Origin: Eledone cirrhosa
Taxonomy: Eukaryota
DNA length: 64,000 nt
Direction: 5' to 3'
NCBI GenBank assembly: GCA_964016885.1
Contig: OZ024740.1
Location: 158,224,001 to 158,288,000, forward strand
The translations under genes and the position numbers were made by a program. Shown here piece by piece: positions 63,719 through 64,000 of this stretch. The first letter of the stretch is position 1. Each line of letters begins with the position of its first letter. A model generated the notes under the pieces. That model did not search any database, had not been told where the DNA came from, and saw nothing but the letters and a program-made list of their open reading frames with translations.

Positions 63719-64000
63719 CTAGCTGAATGACCCGGCGTTGCCCGGGTTACTGGTGTTTTTATTCAGATTAGGAAACAATAAATATGAAGAATTTTTTTTT
63801 CTCATATTCACTTTACATAAAATATGTCAAAGTTGTAATGATAATAGAATTTAGAAATGAAAATTTCTTCAACCCGGTTTTACCATCTTCTTTTCTCAAC
63901 CAAGAAACCAACAAAAATCACAAAAAGGGAACACAAAAAAAATATATATATTAAGAATAGCAAACAGAAATCGTAATAAATTTTCTGTCGAAAACAAAAA
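63719..64000 (-). mobile_element. Helitron 3' terminus; element probably continues beyond the window
   Basis: Minus strand CCCGG-GCAACG-CCGGG hairpin (63731-63746), 8 nt, CTAG (63719-63722), then T. Confidence 0.7.

Overview
Repeat-dense animal genomic DNA with no host gene or exon that I can support. The (TA)n/(CA)n/(ATT)n load and the SINE type suggest a cephalopod or other mollusc (inference). The window holds two nested clusters (1-19.9 kb and 44-60.4 kb) built on (ATT)n/(TAA)n microsatellites. In these, Tx1-clade APE-RT LINEs lie on +, R4/Dong-type RLE LINEs lie on -, and a Nin/Deu-like tRNA SINE carries a Tx1-like 3' tail. One Tx1 copy (13843-19866) and one R4/Dong copy (4147-8692) have intact ORFs. 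The AT-rich middle and the right end hold two Penelope-like (Naiad-type RT/GIY-YIG) elements and at least 11 type I hammerhead ribozyme motifs from about six sequence families. The most striking is a near-identical 457-bp hammerhead tandem array (31067-32909, retrozyme-like) whose inversion breakpoint falls at the predicted self-cleavage site. RTE, mariner and Helitron relics are also present. All calls were made by eye; no database searches or folding programs were run.
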